Shown: positions 51,165-60,070 of the stretch, piece by piece | How the letters are laid out: each line of letters begins with the position of its first letter | Numbering within the stretch: position 1 is the first letter of the stretch | From: Minisyncoccia bacterium | GTDB taxonomy: Bacteria; Patescibacteriota; Minisyncoccia; Phycocordibacterales; UBA9973 | Length of the DNA: 64,000 bases | Direction of reading: 5' to 3' | Assembly (NCBI GenBank): GCA_039809245.1 | Contig: JBDHUP010000002.1 | Span: 75,188 to 139,187 of the forward strand | The notes under the pieces: generated by a model | Database searches by the model: none | What the model saw: the letters and a program-made list of their open reading frames with translations, nothing else | What the model was told of the DNA's origin: nothing | Position numbers and translations under genes: made by a program

Positions 51165-51653
51165 TTATTCTTTAGGTGGTTGGTCCATTCCGGCCCAGAG
51201 GTTCATGGTGCCAATGTTCTCTGTCCCAGATTGCTTCATATATAGGAAGAGTTGCATTTTGTATGCAGCAGCGATCTTTAGAAGTCCTAGTAAGTGCAGT
51301 GCCTTACTTTGATTCATTCCCCACATATTTATCTCAGCTTTTAAATCTTCTTCACTAAGTGGAGATATAAAGTCATAGAACTTTTTCCATTCATCATCCA
51401 TCATACTTCCGAAGTTCTCAATGGTTGGAACTGGTCCTCCGAAGTACTTCTTATATGCCTCACCATCCCCTGTGACTATACCATCTGCTCCTGCAATAAA
51501 TATAGAAGTTAAGTATTGTAGAAGCTCTTCAGTTGTTCTCTGCTTATCAGTTGGCTTGTGTGAGAGTTGTTCTGGTTTTATCTTCTCAGCTAAGTGCTTT
51601 ATTATAGCAAATTCTTTTTCTAATGATGTTAAGTATTGTTCTTTTGTGATCAT
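51165..51653 (-). CDS. DinB/YfiT-like four-helix protein
   Basis: KPT.KQRTT.ELLQYL, AYKMQLFLYMK..G. Confidence 0.7.
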   Translation of the reverse strand: MITKEQYLTSLEKEFAIIKHLAEKIKPEQLSHKPTDKQRTTEELLQYLTSIFIAGADGIVTGDGEAYKKYFGGPVPTIENFGSMMDDEWKKFYDFISPLSEEDLKAEINMWGMNQSKALHLLGLLKIAAAYKMQLFLYMKQSGTENIGTMNLWAGMDQPPKE

Positions 51654-51729
51654 TTTGTATAAACCTTAATTTTAATATGCTAATTATAGCATAATGACTT
51701 TTACTATGTTTGTGCTATTATGCGCTCAA

Positions 51730-51825
51730 ATGGAACTTAAAATAATAGGCGGAGTAATGATAATTATTGCTCTTATTATCGTATTATTATTACTGAACCT
51801 CAAAAAAGAGAAACACAAGGATTAA
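51730..51825 (+). CDS. 31-aa single-TM microprotein
   Basis: MELKIIGGVMIIIALIIVLLLLNLKKEKHKD*; TGCTATTAT just upstream; terminator overlaps the stop. Confidence 0.5.
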   Translation: MELKIIGGVMIIIALIIVLLLLNLKKEKHKD

Positions 51826-51930
51826 TTGAGCTTACCAATTAATCCTTTTTGATTGACTATTTAATCAAAAAAGACTACTGTGGGTCTAACCGTTGGAATT
51901 GATATTTTAAAAAATTTAAATCTCCTAGAC

Positions 51931-52041
51931 ATGACAGATGCAGAAAAAACAAAAAATTTTCACGATGCTATGAAAGTTCTGTTAGTTGTAGCAATATTTA
52001 TATTTTTTACATACCTAACAAGAGATAAAAGAAAACCTTAA
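51931..52041 (+). CDS. 36-aa single-TM microprotein
   Basis: MTDAEKTKNFHDAMKVLLVVAIFIFFTYLTRDKRKP*; TTGACT promoter upstream. Confidence 0.5.
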   Translation: MTDAEKTKNFHDAMKVLLVVAIFIFFTYLTRDKRKP

Positions 52042-52129
52042 AATATCACTGATTAAACCCTTTGGTATTTTTTATTTTTTCTCACAAGTATTTTTCTACT
52101 GAAAAATCTCGCGAGCCCTCCTCGCCTCG

Positions 52130-53671
52130 TCAGGCTCCGGCCTTGCGATCGGGTCCCTTGCCCGATCTCACCCCGTGTTTAGCGTGAACCTTCTCTACTT
52201 CTTCTTCCTCTAGTTTATCTTTTAAATCTTTAGCTTTTTGTCCTAATTCTTTTAGTTCATTATCACTTAGTTTATCTAGCTCTAATGATTTTTCCTTTAA
52301 ATATTCAACTGTATTCTTCTTTGGATCGTCTAAGACTTCTTCTAAAAGAGCGTGTAAAATCCATCCCATTCGGCGTGAGGGAGCCATCCCGAGCTCTTTT
52401 ATAAGCACTTCCCCGTCAATCGCAAGCGCTGATACTGAAAGTGGATCACGCAGAACTTCGTCAATCATAGCGTGGTATTTACGCAGACGATATGGAGCTT
52501 CAGCTTTCTTCATTCCTACCCTATCGCATTCGCGGATTTCCATTAGATGCCATATATTTTCTTTACCTACTTTCTGCACAATGCGACGAACTGCCGAGAG
52601 TGTAATCTGTTCTGTATCAGAGAAGAACATATGGTTACGCACAAGAGAGACTACTAGGTCTGTAGTTTTCTTCGGATATTTTAATCGCTCCATTATTGTT
52701 TTTGCCATACGTGCACCAATGACTTCATGGCCGTAAAATGTGTACGCTTTCTTTGTGCCCGGCCTACGGCTCTTTGGTTTTCCTATATCATGGAAGAGTG
52801 CAGCAAGACGAATTTCGGTATTATAGCCTTTATTTGCAGCGTGATTTAGCGCTCCAAGTAAATGCTCAAATACATCATATATATGTGCTCCTCCTTGCTC
52901 GCAACCAATTCCCTCTTCTAACTCTGGAATAATAAATTTTAATAATCCTAATTTTTCAAGTAAACCAATTCCTTGTGAAGGATTTTTGCTTTCAATAATT
53001 TTTGTAAATTCATCGCGAATTCTTTCCATCGAAATATTTTTTAAAAGATTCGAGTTATCCACAATCGCTTTCATGGTGTCATAAGAAATAGCGAAATCTA
53101 GTTGTGTTGAAAATCTAACTGCACGAAGCATGCGAAGTGCATCTTCGTTGAATCTGTCATTAGCCTCCCCTACTGCTCTTATAACTTTGTCCTTTATATC
53201 TTCTTGTCCTTTATAAAGGTCAATTAGTTGTCCTTTATGTGGGTTATAGGCTAGAGCATTAATTGTGAAGTCACGTCTTTTAAGGTCATCCTCTATGTTT
53301 TTACTGAATTTTACTTCATCTGGATGCCTAAAATCACTATATTTTGCCTCAATTCTGTATGGTGTAACCTCTATAATGTTATATTCTGGTGTTTCACGTG
53401 CAACATCTCCCCCATTTGTTACATGTGTAACGTTCGGAATGCAGACACCCACAGTGCCGAAAGTGTTCTCATATACAGTCTTTTCAAATAAAGGCATTAT
53501 TTCTTCTGGTATGGCGTTAGTTGTGATATCCCAATCTTTAGGGGTTTTATTTAAAATAAGATCACGAACGCATCCACCAACAAGAAAGGCCTCAAAACCT
53601 GCTTTTTCGAGTGTAGTTGTTACATGTGTAACATAGTCTGGTATTAAGTTTTTATCTATTGTGAGTTTCAT
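52130..53671 (-). CDS. cca: CCA-adding tRNA nucleotidyltransferase with HD domain
   Basis: LVGGCVRD, KDWD, DL.RRDFTINA, RFNEDALRMLRA.RF, HDIGK; true start MKLTIDK (the ORF-track extension lies inside the tRNA). Confidence 0.93.
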   Translation of the reverse strand: MKLTIDKNLIPDYVTHVTTTLEKAGFEAFLVGGCVRDLILNKTPKDWDITTNAIPEEIMPLFEKTVYENTFGTVGVCIPNVTHVTNGGDVARETPEYNIIEVTPYRIEAKYSDFRHPDEVKFSKNIEDDLKRRDFTINALAYNPHKGQLIDLYKGQEDIKDKVIRAVGEANDRFNEDALRMLRAVRFSTQLDFAISYDTMKAIVDNSNLLKNISMERIRDEFTKIIESKNPSQGIGLLEKLGLLKFIIPELEEGIGCEQGGAHIYDVFEHLLGALNHAANKGYNTEIRLAALFHDIGKPKSRRPGTKKAYTFYGHEVIGARMAKTIMERLKYPKKTTDLVVSLVRNHMFFSDTEQITLSAVRRIVQKVGKENIWHLMEIRECDRVGMKKAEAPYRLRKYHAMIDEVLRDPLSVSALAIDGEVLIKELGMAPSRRMGWILHALLEEVLDDPKKNTVEYLKEKSLELDKLSDNELKELGQKAKDLKDKLEEEEVEKVHAKHGVRSGKGPDRKAGA

Positions 53672-53694
53672 ATGAAACTTTTTTACTGCTATTG

Positions 53695-53769
53695 TGGTGC
53701 GCCCGGCAGGAATCGAACCCACATCCACGGTTCCGAAGACCGGTACTCTATCCGTTGAGCTACGGGCGC
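53695..53769 (-). tRNA. tRNA-Arg(UCG), CCA encoded
   Basis: GCGCCCG acceptor stem, loop CT-TCG-GA, GGTTCGATTCC, ends ACCA. Confidence 0.93.
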
Positions 53770-53904
53770 ATAAAACTATATTTTACAGCACGTTAATTGT
53801 ATACTAAAACAGTATTTTAGTAAATATCTTTATAAAATAAGGCTAATTTACTAATTGCAATTATTCTTTTAAATGGTTATAATCTATGAGTTATTTTGGT
53901 ATTT

Positions 53905-53975
53905 GCGGGATTGGTTTAGTGGTAGAACACGTCCTTGCCAAGGATGAGACAGGAGTTCGATTCTCCTATCCCGCA
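53905..53975 (+). tRNA. tRNA-Gly(GCC), no encoded CCA
   Basis: GCGGGAT/ATCCCGC acceptor, TT-GCC-AA loop, GTTCGAT. Confidence 0.93.
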
Positions 53976-54246
53976 CAACTTTGTACTTAATGATGTCTAT
54001 TGCTATGACTTTTATTAGTCTTTTATACACACCAAAAAGCCTTTAAAATTAGTATTTTTGTGGATAAGTATGTGTGTATTGTTCATAAAAGACAAAAATG
54101 ATTTTTCTGGAAATTTATAACTATTAGAGTAAAAGTGTTACAAATAAAGGTTGTTTTCAGAAAGACATCAAAATAAGTTAATTTTTTGTCCGATAAGATA
54201 TGAACGTTTCACGTGAAACATTATTAGTAAGTTACACATGTAACAT

Positions 54247-54651
54247 ATGAAGAAATTCACTTCAAATTCGCAAAAAATAGGCCAATTAGGGGAAGATATT
54301 GCTTGTAAGTTTCTCATGAAACATGATTTTGAAATATTAGAAAGAAATTACACGAAGAAATGGGGAGAGATAGATATTATTAGTCAAAAAGAAGGGAAGT
54401 TCTATTTTATAGAAGTTAAATCTGTTTCTTGCGAAACACTACCTGATTTTAAAAATGAGAACCCTTTTGTAAAACGACCAGAAGAGAATATGCACCCCTG
54501 GAAAATGAAAAGACTTTCTCGCACTATCCAAACTTATCTAATTTACAAAAGAATAGGGAACACACCATGGCAATTTGATCTACTCCTTGTTTATATAGAC
54601 TTGAAGAACCGAACAGCTCGTGTGCGCACTATAGATAATGTTATTTTATAA
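54247..54651 (+). CDS. YraN (UPF0102) family nuclease-like protein
   Basis: GQLGEDIA..FL, ERNY...WGEIDII, FIEVK. Confidence 0.92.
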   Translation: MKKFTSNSQKIGQLGEDIACKFLMKHDFEILERNYTKKWGEIDIISQKEGKFYFIEVKSVSCETLPDFKNENPFVKRPEENMHPWKMKRLSRTIQTYLIYKRIGNTPWQFDLLLVYIDLKNRTARVRTIDNVIL

Positions 54652-54698
54652 TTGTATTTTATAGAAAATATGCTAATATAAAATGATTGTTCGGTTTT

Positions 54699-54769
54699 CG
54701 GGGTGTAGTACACCGGTAGTATACGCGGTTTGGGACCGTGAGAACAGGGTTCAATTCCCTGCACCCCGA
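54699..54769 (+). tRNA. tRNA-Pro(UGG), no encoded CCA
   Basis: CGGGGTG/CACCCCG acceptor, TT-TGG-GA loop, GTTCAAT. Confidence 0.92.
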
Positions 54770-54906
54770 CAATAGAAAAACCTTTAGGTTTTTCTTGAAG
54801 GGGTGAGCAAGCAAACTGCTTTGCTTGCGTCAGGGAATTGAAAGATTTTTCTATGCTGTAAGCGAGAAAAATACCTGGCTATGTAATAGCCAATTCCCAA
54901 AGTATT

Positions 54907-54977
54907 GCGGGATTAGTTTAGTGGTAGAACTGCAGTTTTCCAAACTGCTGGCAAGAGTTCGATTCTCTTATCCCGCA
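54907..54977 (+). tRNA. tRNA-Gly(UCC), no encoded CCA
   Basis: GCGGGAT/ATCCCGC acceptor, GCAGT-TT-TCC-AA-ACTGC, GTTCGAT. Confidence 0.93.
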
Positions 54978-54978
54978 C

Positions 54979-55701
54979 ATGCAATTTGTATTTATCTTTC
55001 TTACTTTTGTATCTACTTTTTTAGGTGGACTCTTTGGTTTGAAGTACCGAGATAAAATGCATTTAATACTCGGACTTACTGCAGGAATAATTCTTGGAGT
55101 AATTGCATTTGATATTTTTCCAGAGATTATAAATATAACTGGAGCTCTTGGAGTAAGCTCTACTTATCCGATGATTGCACTTGTTGCAGGATTTATGATT
55201 TTCCATATCGCGGAGAAATTACTTTTAGTCCATCATTCACACGAAGATCATTATGGACCACATACTCATCCTACAGTAGGGAAGTTCCAGGCCTTAGCAC
55301 TCGCAGGACACTCATTCTTAGATGGTATGGCTATAGGGCTTGGTTTCCAAATATCTGGAGCTACAGGCGCTCTTATAGCACTTGCTGTTATATCACACGA
55401 CTTTGCTGATGGATTAAACACAGTATCACTGATGATTCGTCATAAAAACACAGATAAGAAGGCTATGCAGTTCCTTTTCATAGATGCACTTGCTCCAGTG
55501 CTTGGAGGTTTATCTACTCTTTTATTTACACTATCTGAAAAAAGTTTACTCATGTATCTTGGATTTTTTGCAGGATTTCTTTTATATATAGGCGTATCTG
55601 ACATATTACCTGAAGCGCATAGTAAAAATTCATCGCTGAAAACTGTCGGGATGACAATGATTGGAATTATATTTATTTTTCTTATTACAAGAATACTTTA
55701 A
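54979..55701 (+). CDS. ZIP family divalent metal transporter
   Basis: His-rich loop, HSFLDG, HDFADG, DILPEAH. Confidence 0.92.
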   Translation: MQFVFIFLTFVSTFLGGLFGLKYRDKMHLILGLTAGIILGVIAFDIFPEIINITGALGVSSTYPMIALVAGFMIFHIAEKLLLVHHSHEDHYGPHTHPTVGKFQALALAGHSFLDGMAIGLGFQISGATGALIALAVISHDFADGLNTVSLMIRHKNTDKKAMQFLFIDALAPVLGGLSTLLFTLSEKSLLMYLGFFAGFLLYIGVSDILPEAHSKNSSLKTVGMTMIGIIFIFLITRIL

Positions 55702-55777
55702 TAGATCAGTTATAATTTGAAATAAAAAAACCACTCGTAGATAGAATAGAGTGGTTTTTTAATCTGTATATATAAAA

Positions 55778-56050
55778 TTATTTTACAGCGTCCTTGAGAG
55801 CTTTCGCTGCTCTGAACTTTGGAACTTTTGTTGCAGCAACCTTTACTTGTTCTCCAGTCTTAGGGTTGCGAGCCATACGAGCTGCGCGCTGCTTGACTGA
55901 GAAGATTCCAATTCCTGCGATTGATACTTCGTCGCCTTTTTTCAAAGTACTAACGATAGCATCGAACATACCGTTCACAACTTCCTCAGCTTGTACTTTT
56001 GTACCGCCGATTTTTCCGTGAACCAATTCTACTAATGCTTGTTTATTCAT
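55778..56050 (-). CDS. hup: DNA-binding protein HU
   Basis: MNKQ.LV, GIG.F.V..RAAR.ARNPKTGE, PKF.A.KALKDAVK. Confidence 0.96.
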   Translation of the reverse strand: MNKQALVELVHGKIGGTKVQAEEVVNGMFDAIVSTLKKGDEVSIAGIGIFSVKQRAARMARNPKTGEQVKVAATKVPKFRAAKALKDAVK

Positions 56051-56308
56051 TTATTTTTTACTTCCTTACATCTTTCTTTCAAAAAATATAAGAATGCTAT
56101 CTAAATAATATTCGACCGTTTGCAAACGTGTCCTTATAAACAGGATAATCTCATTATATACCAAGGGTATTTTAGTGCAAGTATTAATAGGCAATTGACA
56201 CATACTAATAAATAATGTTTAAGTTTTAACTCAAATAAATTAAAATCACACAGTTCTTAATATTGGTAAGCAAAGTAGCTAAGTTTATATGTTATAATCA
56301 AGTAATAT

Positions 56309-56701
56309 ATGGCAAATATTACAAGGACTTTCTTACGATCAGATAAAATGATGACAAAATACATAGAAGTTATGAGGGAAAGAGAGGCTAAAGGCATAAA
56401 ATATAATCCATTTTTATCTGAAGATGAATTAATTATTAAAGAATTTAAACATTGGGTAATACTAGAGAACGAGTTTCCATATGACGCTATAGCTGCTGTG
56501 AGTCATATGCTTGCTACGAAAAGGGATATCCCACTTGACTGGAAGTCTCTAAATACAGAGGAGATGGAGGAGTTTAATGAAATACAAGATACATATTTAA
56601 GTGAGCATTATGATGCTCTTTGGGAGAATTTGCCTAAAGGACAGACGATTCCCAGGCATTTCCACCTTCATTTATTAGTATTAAAGAGGGAAGAGGTATA
56701 A
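56309..56701 (+). CDS. HIT-family protein
   Basis: W.I.EN.FPYD, QTIP.HFHLH histidine triad. Confidence 0.8.
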   Translation: MANITRTFLRSDKMMTKYIEVMREREAKGIKYNPFLSEDELIIKEFKHWVILENEFPYDAIAAVSHMLATKRDIPLDWKSLNTEEMEEFNEIQDTYLSEHYDALWENLPKGQTIPRHFHLHLLVLKREEV

Positions 56702-56731
56702 TAAAACCCCTCAGTTGAGGGGTTTTATTAT
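56698..56731. terminator. Bidirectional terminator
   Basis: ataataaaacccctca-gt-tgaggggttttattat. Confidence 0.85.
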
Positions 56732-58257
56732 TATCTAGCGTATTCGACTATCCTATTCTCTCGGATCATAGTGACTTTAATTTCACCTGGGTATTTGAGT
56801 TCTTGTTCGATTTTCTTGGCGATTTCACGAGCCATGTTCTTGGCTTCGACATCGCTTACTTTCTCTGGAGTTACGAATATTCTGATTTCACGTCCAGCGG
56901 CAAGTGCGTATGATTTCTCTACACCATCAAATGTTTTTGTGATAGCTTCAAGGTCTTGTAAGCGTTTGATGTAGTTCTCAACACTATCACGGCGAGCACC
57001 AGGGCGACCTCCTGAGATATGGTCGGCAGTTTGTACGATAACGGCTTCGATAGTCTCATGAGGGCAGTCGTCGTGGTGAGACTTCATCGCTGTTATGATG
57101 CGTGGGTCTGCTCCGAACTTCTGTAAGATACGAATACCGATATCGATATGTGTACCTTGGACTTCATGATCAAGAGCTTTACCGATATCGTGTACGAGTG
57201 CTCCTGCTTTGGCGATTTGGATATCTGCTCCTAGTTCTTCAGCAAGCATTCCGGCAATGTGCGCCATTTCTATAGAGTGCTGGAGAACGTTCTGTCCATA
57301 ACTTGTACGGAAATATAAGCGACCAACGATAGCGACTATGCGTGGATCGAGATTGAATATTCCACATTCATAAACTGCTTGATCACCTTTATCTTTAATG
57401 ATCTTATTTATATCTTCTTGAGCTTTGGCTACTACTTCCTCAATCTTGGCAGGCTGGATGCGTCCATCAAGTATTAAATTCTCAAGAGCAAGTCTTGCCA
57501 CTTGTCTTCGAACTGGATCAAATGAAGATATAACAATTGCTCCTGGAGTCTCATCGATTATAAGTTCAACTCCTGAAGCTCGTTCAAATGCTCTGATATT
57601 ACGGCCTTCTTTACCGATAATCTTGCCTTTGATTTCATCATTAGGAATATTTACCGATGTTGTCATCATTTCACTTGCAGTTGATGATGCTAGGCGATTA
57701 ATAGATGCAGCTAAGATATCTTTTGCTCTTCGATCAAGCTTCTCGGTGTTCGCAGTTTCCATTTTCTGCATTCTAACAAGGAGATCTTCTTCATACCTCT
57801 CTTCAATATTTTTGAAAAGAGTTTCTTTTGCATCATCGACAGATAAGTGAGATATCTTTTCGAGCTCTTTTTCTTTCTCTGCTTCCATCCCATCAACTCT
57901 CTCCTTTATCTTCTTCACTTCTTCAACTTTCAGCTTCATATTATCGACTTCGCGGTCGATTTCTACTTGGCGTGCGTCTAGAAGCTCTTCCTTTTTGATA
58001 AGGCGATGCTCTGTCTGCTTCCACTCATCTTCTTTTTTCTTTGCTTCAACCTGAGATTCATTTACTTTCTCCTCAGCCCTTTTCTTTGCTTCGTCGAGCA
58101 CTCGCTGTGCCTCTTCTTTTGCGCCGAGCATTATCTGCTTGATCTCGAGTTCCATTGAACCCTTTTTACCAAGTGAGATAACAAGACGCAAATAATATCC
58201 AACACCTACACCTACTACTAGAGCAAGTGTAGAAATTATTATTGCTGTTAAACTCAT
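56731..58257 (-). CDS. rny: Ribonuclease Y
   Basis: N-terminal TM, coiled coil, KGKIIGKEGRNIR (KH), RTSYGQN, HDIGK, RPGAR. Confidence 0.97.
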   Translation of the reverse strand: MSLTAIIISTLALVVGVGVGYYLRLVISLGKKGSMELEIKQIMLGAKEEAQRVLDEAKKRAEEKVNESQVEAKKKEDEWKQTEHRLIKKEELLDARQVEIDREVDNMKLKVEEVKKIKERVDGMEAEKEKELEKISHLSVDDAKETLFKNIEERYEEDLLVRMQKMETANTEKLDRRAKDILAASINRLASSTASEMMTTSVNIPNDEIKGKIIGKEGRNIRAFERASGVELIIDETPGAIVISSFDPVRRQVARLALENLILDGRIQPAKIEEVVAKAQEDINKIIKDKGDQAVYECGIFNLDPRIVAIVGRLYFRTSYGQNVLQHSIEMAHIAGMLAEELGADIQIAKAGALVHDIGKALDHEVQGTHIDIGIRILQKFGADPRIITAMKSHHDDCPHETIEAVIVQTADHISGGRPGARRDSVENYIKRLQDLEAITKTFDGVEKSYALAAGREIRIFVTPEKVSDVEAKNMAREIAKKIEQELKYPGEIKVTMIRENRIVEYAR

Positions 58258-58261
58258 AAAA

Positions 58262-58430
58262 GTGACAGTGCCACTTTAAAAATACGCGACCTCTAAGGAC
58301 GAAGTATACCGTTGGTATGTTTATTTAAATTCAGGACTAAAATGAAACAATTTTTCATAAAATAAAATTCTGTATTACCAGGGAAACCGTATTTTAAAAG
58401 CAAACACTAAAATAACTGTTAAAATTCGAT
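58262..58430 (-). ncRNA. ssrS: Probable 6S RNA
   Basis: ~22-bp closing helix (58388-58409 with 58265-58286, G-U pairs on the minus strand); ~165 nt; TCGACA-N17-TATTAT promoter; lies directly upstream of rny, a known ssrS neighbourhood. Confidence 0.5.
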
Positions 58431-58480
58431 ATCCTCATAATACCGTAAAAGTGTATATATGTCGAGTATATAACCTACCT

Positions 58481-59227
58481 TTAAGAAACAGGTAAGCTTA
58501 TGTAAAATATTGCCCCTTTATTTTTACCCTTTGATTTAGCATATATATCGCCATGGTGCCTGCGGACTATTTCTTTAGATATGTATAAGGCTAAGCCCAT
58601 TCCATCAGTATTCATTTTCTTTGCCGAATCACCTCTGTAGAATCTTTTGAATAAGTTCATGCGATCTTTCCAATTTAGACCTATTCCATCATCTTCGATA
58701 GCTAGAATTAGATCACCATTTTTTATTTCTGAATTTATTGTGATGTTACCACCATCTTTAGAGTACCAGATAGCGTTTTCTATTAATGCGTTTATAACGA
58801 ATGATATCTTTTTAGTGTCGACTGTAAGGAGGGGCATGTTTATCAGTGTTGGCATCGATAGCTTTATATTTTTCTCGGTTAAGTGTATTCGATGCTTTTG
58901 GACTGCGTCTTCTAACATTTCACGTATAGAGACAGCCTTTAAATCATAACTTGCTCGACTATATATATCTTTAACTCCAGCTAAGATGTCGACAATCTCT
59001 AAAAGTCTATTTGAAGCATTAGATAAACTACTAGCTATGTCTAATTGTTCTTTGCGAGAAATATCTTGAGTTAGAGTTTCACTCATCCATTTAATACGGG
59101 TAAGGGGAGTGCGGAATGTATGGTTAACAATCGAGATAAAAGATTTTTCGGTAAAGTTGCGGTGCAACTCTCTACGAATAATGTAGATTAAGATTAAAGC
59201 AATTAGTATGATTAGTGCGGTTTGCAT
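58481..59227 (-). CDS. Orphan sensor histidine kinase (single TM, HisKA + HATPase)
   Basis: HTFRTPL, NAIWY, DDGIG, FKRFYR, GMGLAL. Confidence 0.9.
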   Translation of the reverse strand: MQTALIILIALILIYIIRRELHRNFTEKSFISIVNHTFRTPLTRIKWMSETLTQDISRKEQLDIASSLSNASNRLLEIVDILAGVKDIYSRASYDLKAVSIREMLEDAVQKHRIHLTEKNIKLSMPTLINMPLLTVDTKKISFVINALIENAIWYSKDGGNITINSEIKNGDLILAIEDDGIGLNWKDRMNLFKRFYRGDSAKKMNTDGMGLALYISKEIVRRHHGDIYAKSKGKNKGAIFYISLPVS

Positions 59228-59293
59228 ATGTACTACTATATCATTTATTCTCCCAATAAAAAATCCTACAAGCTTGATTGTAGGATTTTTTAT

Positions 59294-59890
59294 TTACTTT
59301 TTTGATTCAGCTTTTGGTTTTGAGACTATACCATCGACGATTCCATACTTCTTGGCTTCATCGCTAGTCATCCAGTAGTCGCGATCGGAATCTTTCTCTA
59401 TTTGGGCGAGTGTCTTACCCGTATTCTTTGCTAAAATTTTATTTAAATTCTCTTTTGTGCGAAGGATGTGTTTGGCGTTGATCTCTATATCTGATGCTTG
59501 CCCTTCAGTGCCACCCATAACTTGATGAATCATAACTTCTGAGTTCGGAAGAGCGAAGCGCTTACCTTTTGTACCTGCAGACAGTAGTGTTGCAGCCATC
59601 GAAGCGGCGATTCCAACACATATAGTAGACACGTCGGCTTTTATGAAGCTCATCGTGTCGAGTATTGCTAGCCCTGCAGTGACTGATCCACCAGGGGAGT
59701 TGATGTATAACTGGATGTCTTTCTTTGAATCACTATGATCAAGGTAAAGAAGCTGGGCAATAATAAGGTTAGCCATATGGTCATCGATAGGGCCACCGAG
59801 GAATATAATGCGATCGTTTAACAAGCGAGAGTATATATCATAAGCCCTCTCACCATTCATTGTTTTTTCTATAACTGTTGGGATTAACAT
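59294..59890 (-). CDS. clpP: ATP-dependent Clp protease proteolytic subunit
   Basis: [34 protein letters not shown]. Confidence 0.97.
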   Translation of the reverse strand: MLIPTVIEKTMNGERAYDIYSRLLNDRIIFLGGPIDDHMANLIIAQLLYLDHSDSKKDIQLYINSPGGSVTAGLAILDTMSFIKADVSTICVGIAASMAATLLSAGTKGKRFALPNSEVMIHQVMGGTEGQASDIEINAKHILRTKENLNKILAKNTGKTLAQIEKDSDRDYWMTSDEAKKYGIVDGIVSKPKAESKK

Positions 59891-60070
59891 AGGGATAGTA
59901 TAGCAAAATAAGGTTTTTAGTGTACTTGACAAATAGGCGTATTTTGTGCTATAATATGCTCGTAAAAGTTCTTTGAGAATCAGGTTTCATAAAAGTGGTT
60001 TGATTCGTATTAAGCACTAGTTTTAGCTCTCAATACGAATTAAATCACTCACTCTTAAAATAATTTATTT

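Larger units (their letters stand above)
53390..54245. other. Cluster of five parS-like palindromes
   Basis: TGTTTCACGTGCAACA 53390-405; TGTTACATGTGTAACG 53417-432; TGTTACATGTGTAACA 53618-633; CGTTTCACGTGAAACA 54205-220; AGTTACACATGTAACA 54230-245. Confidence 0.8.

Noticed and set aside
53672-53728. N-terminal extension of cca in the ORF track
   Set aside because: It overlaps tRNA-Arg; the ATG at 53671 is the plausible start.
54825-55055. 76-aa ORF
   Set aside because: It overlaps tRNA-Gly and the ZIP gene out of frame.
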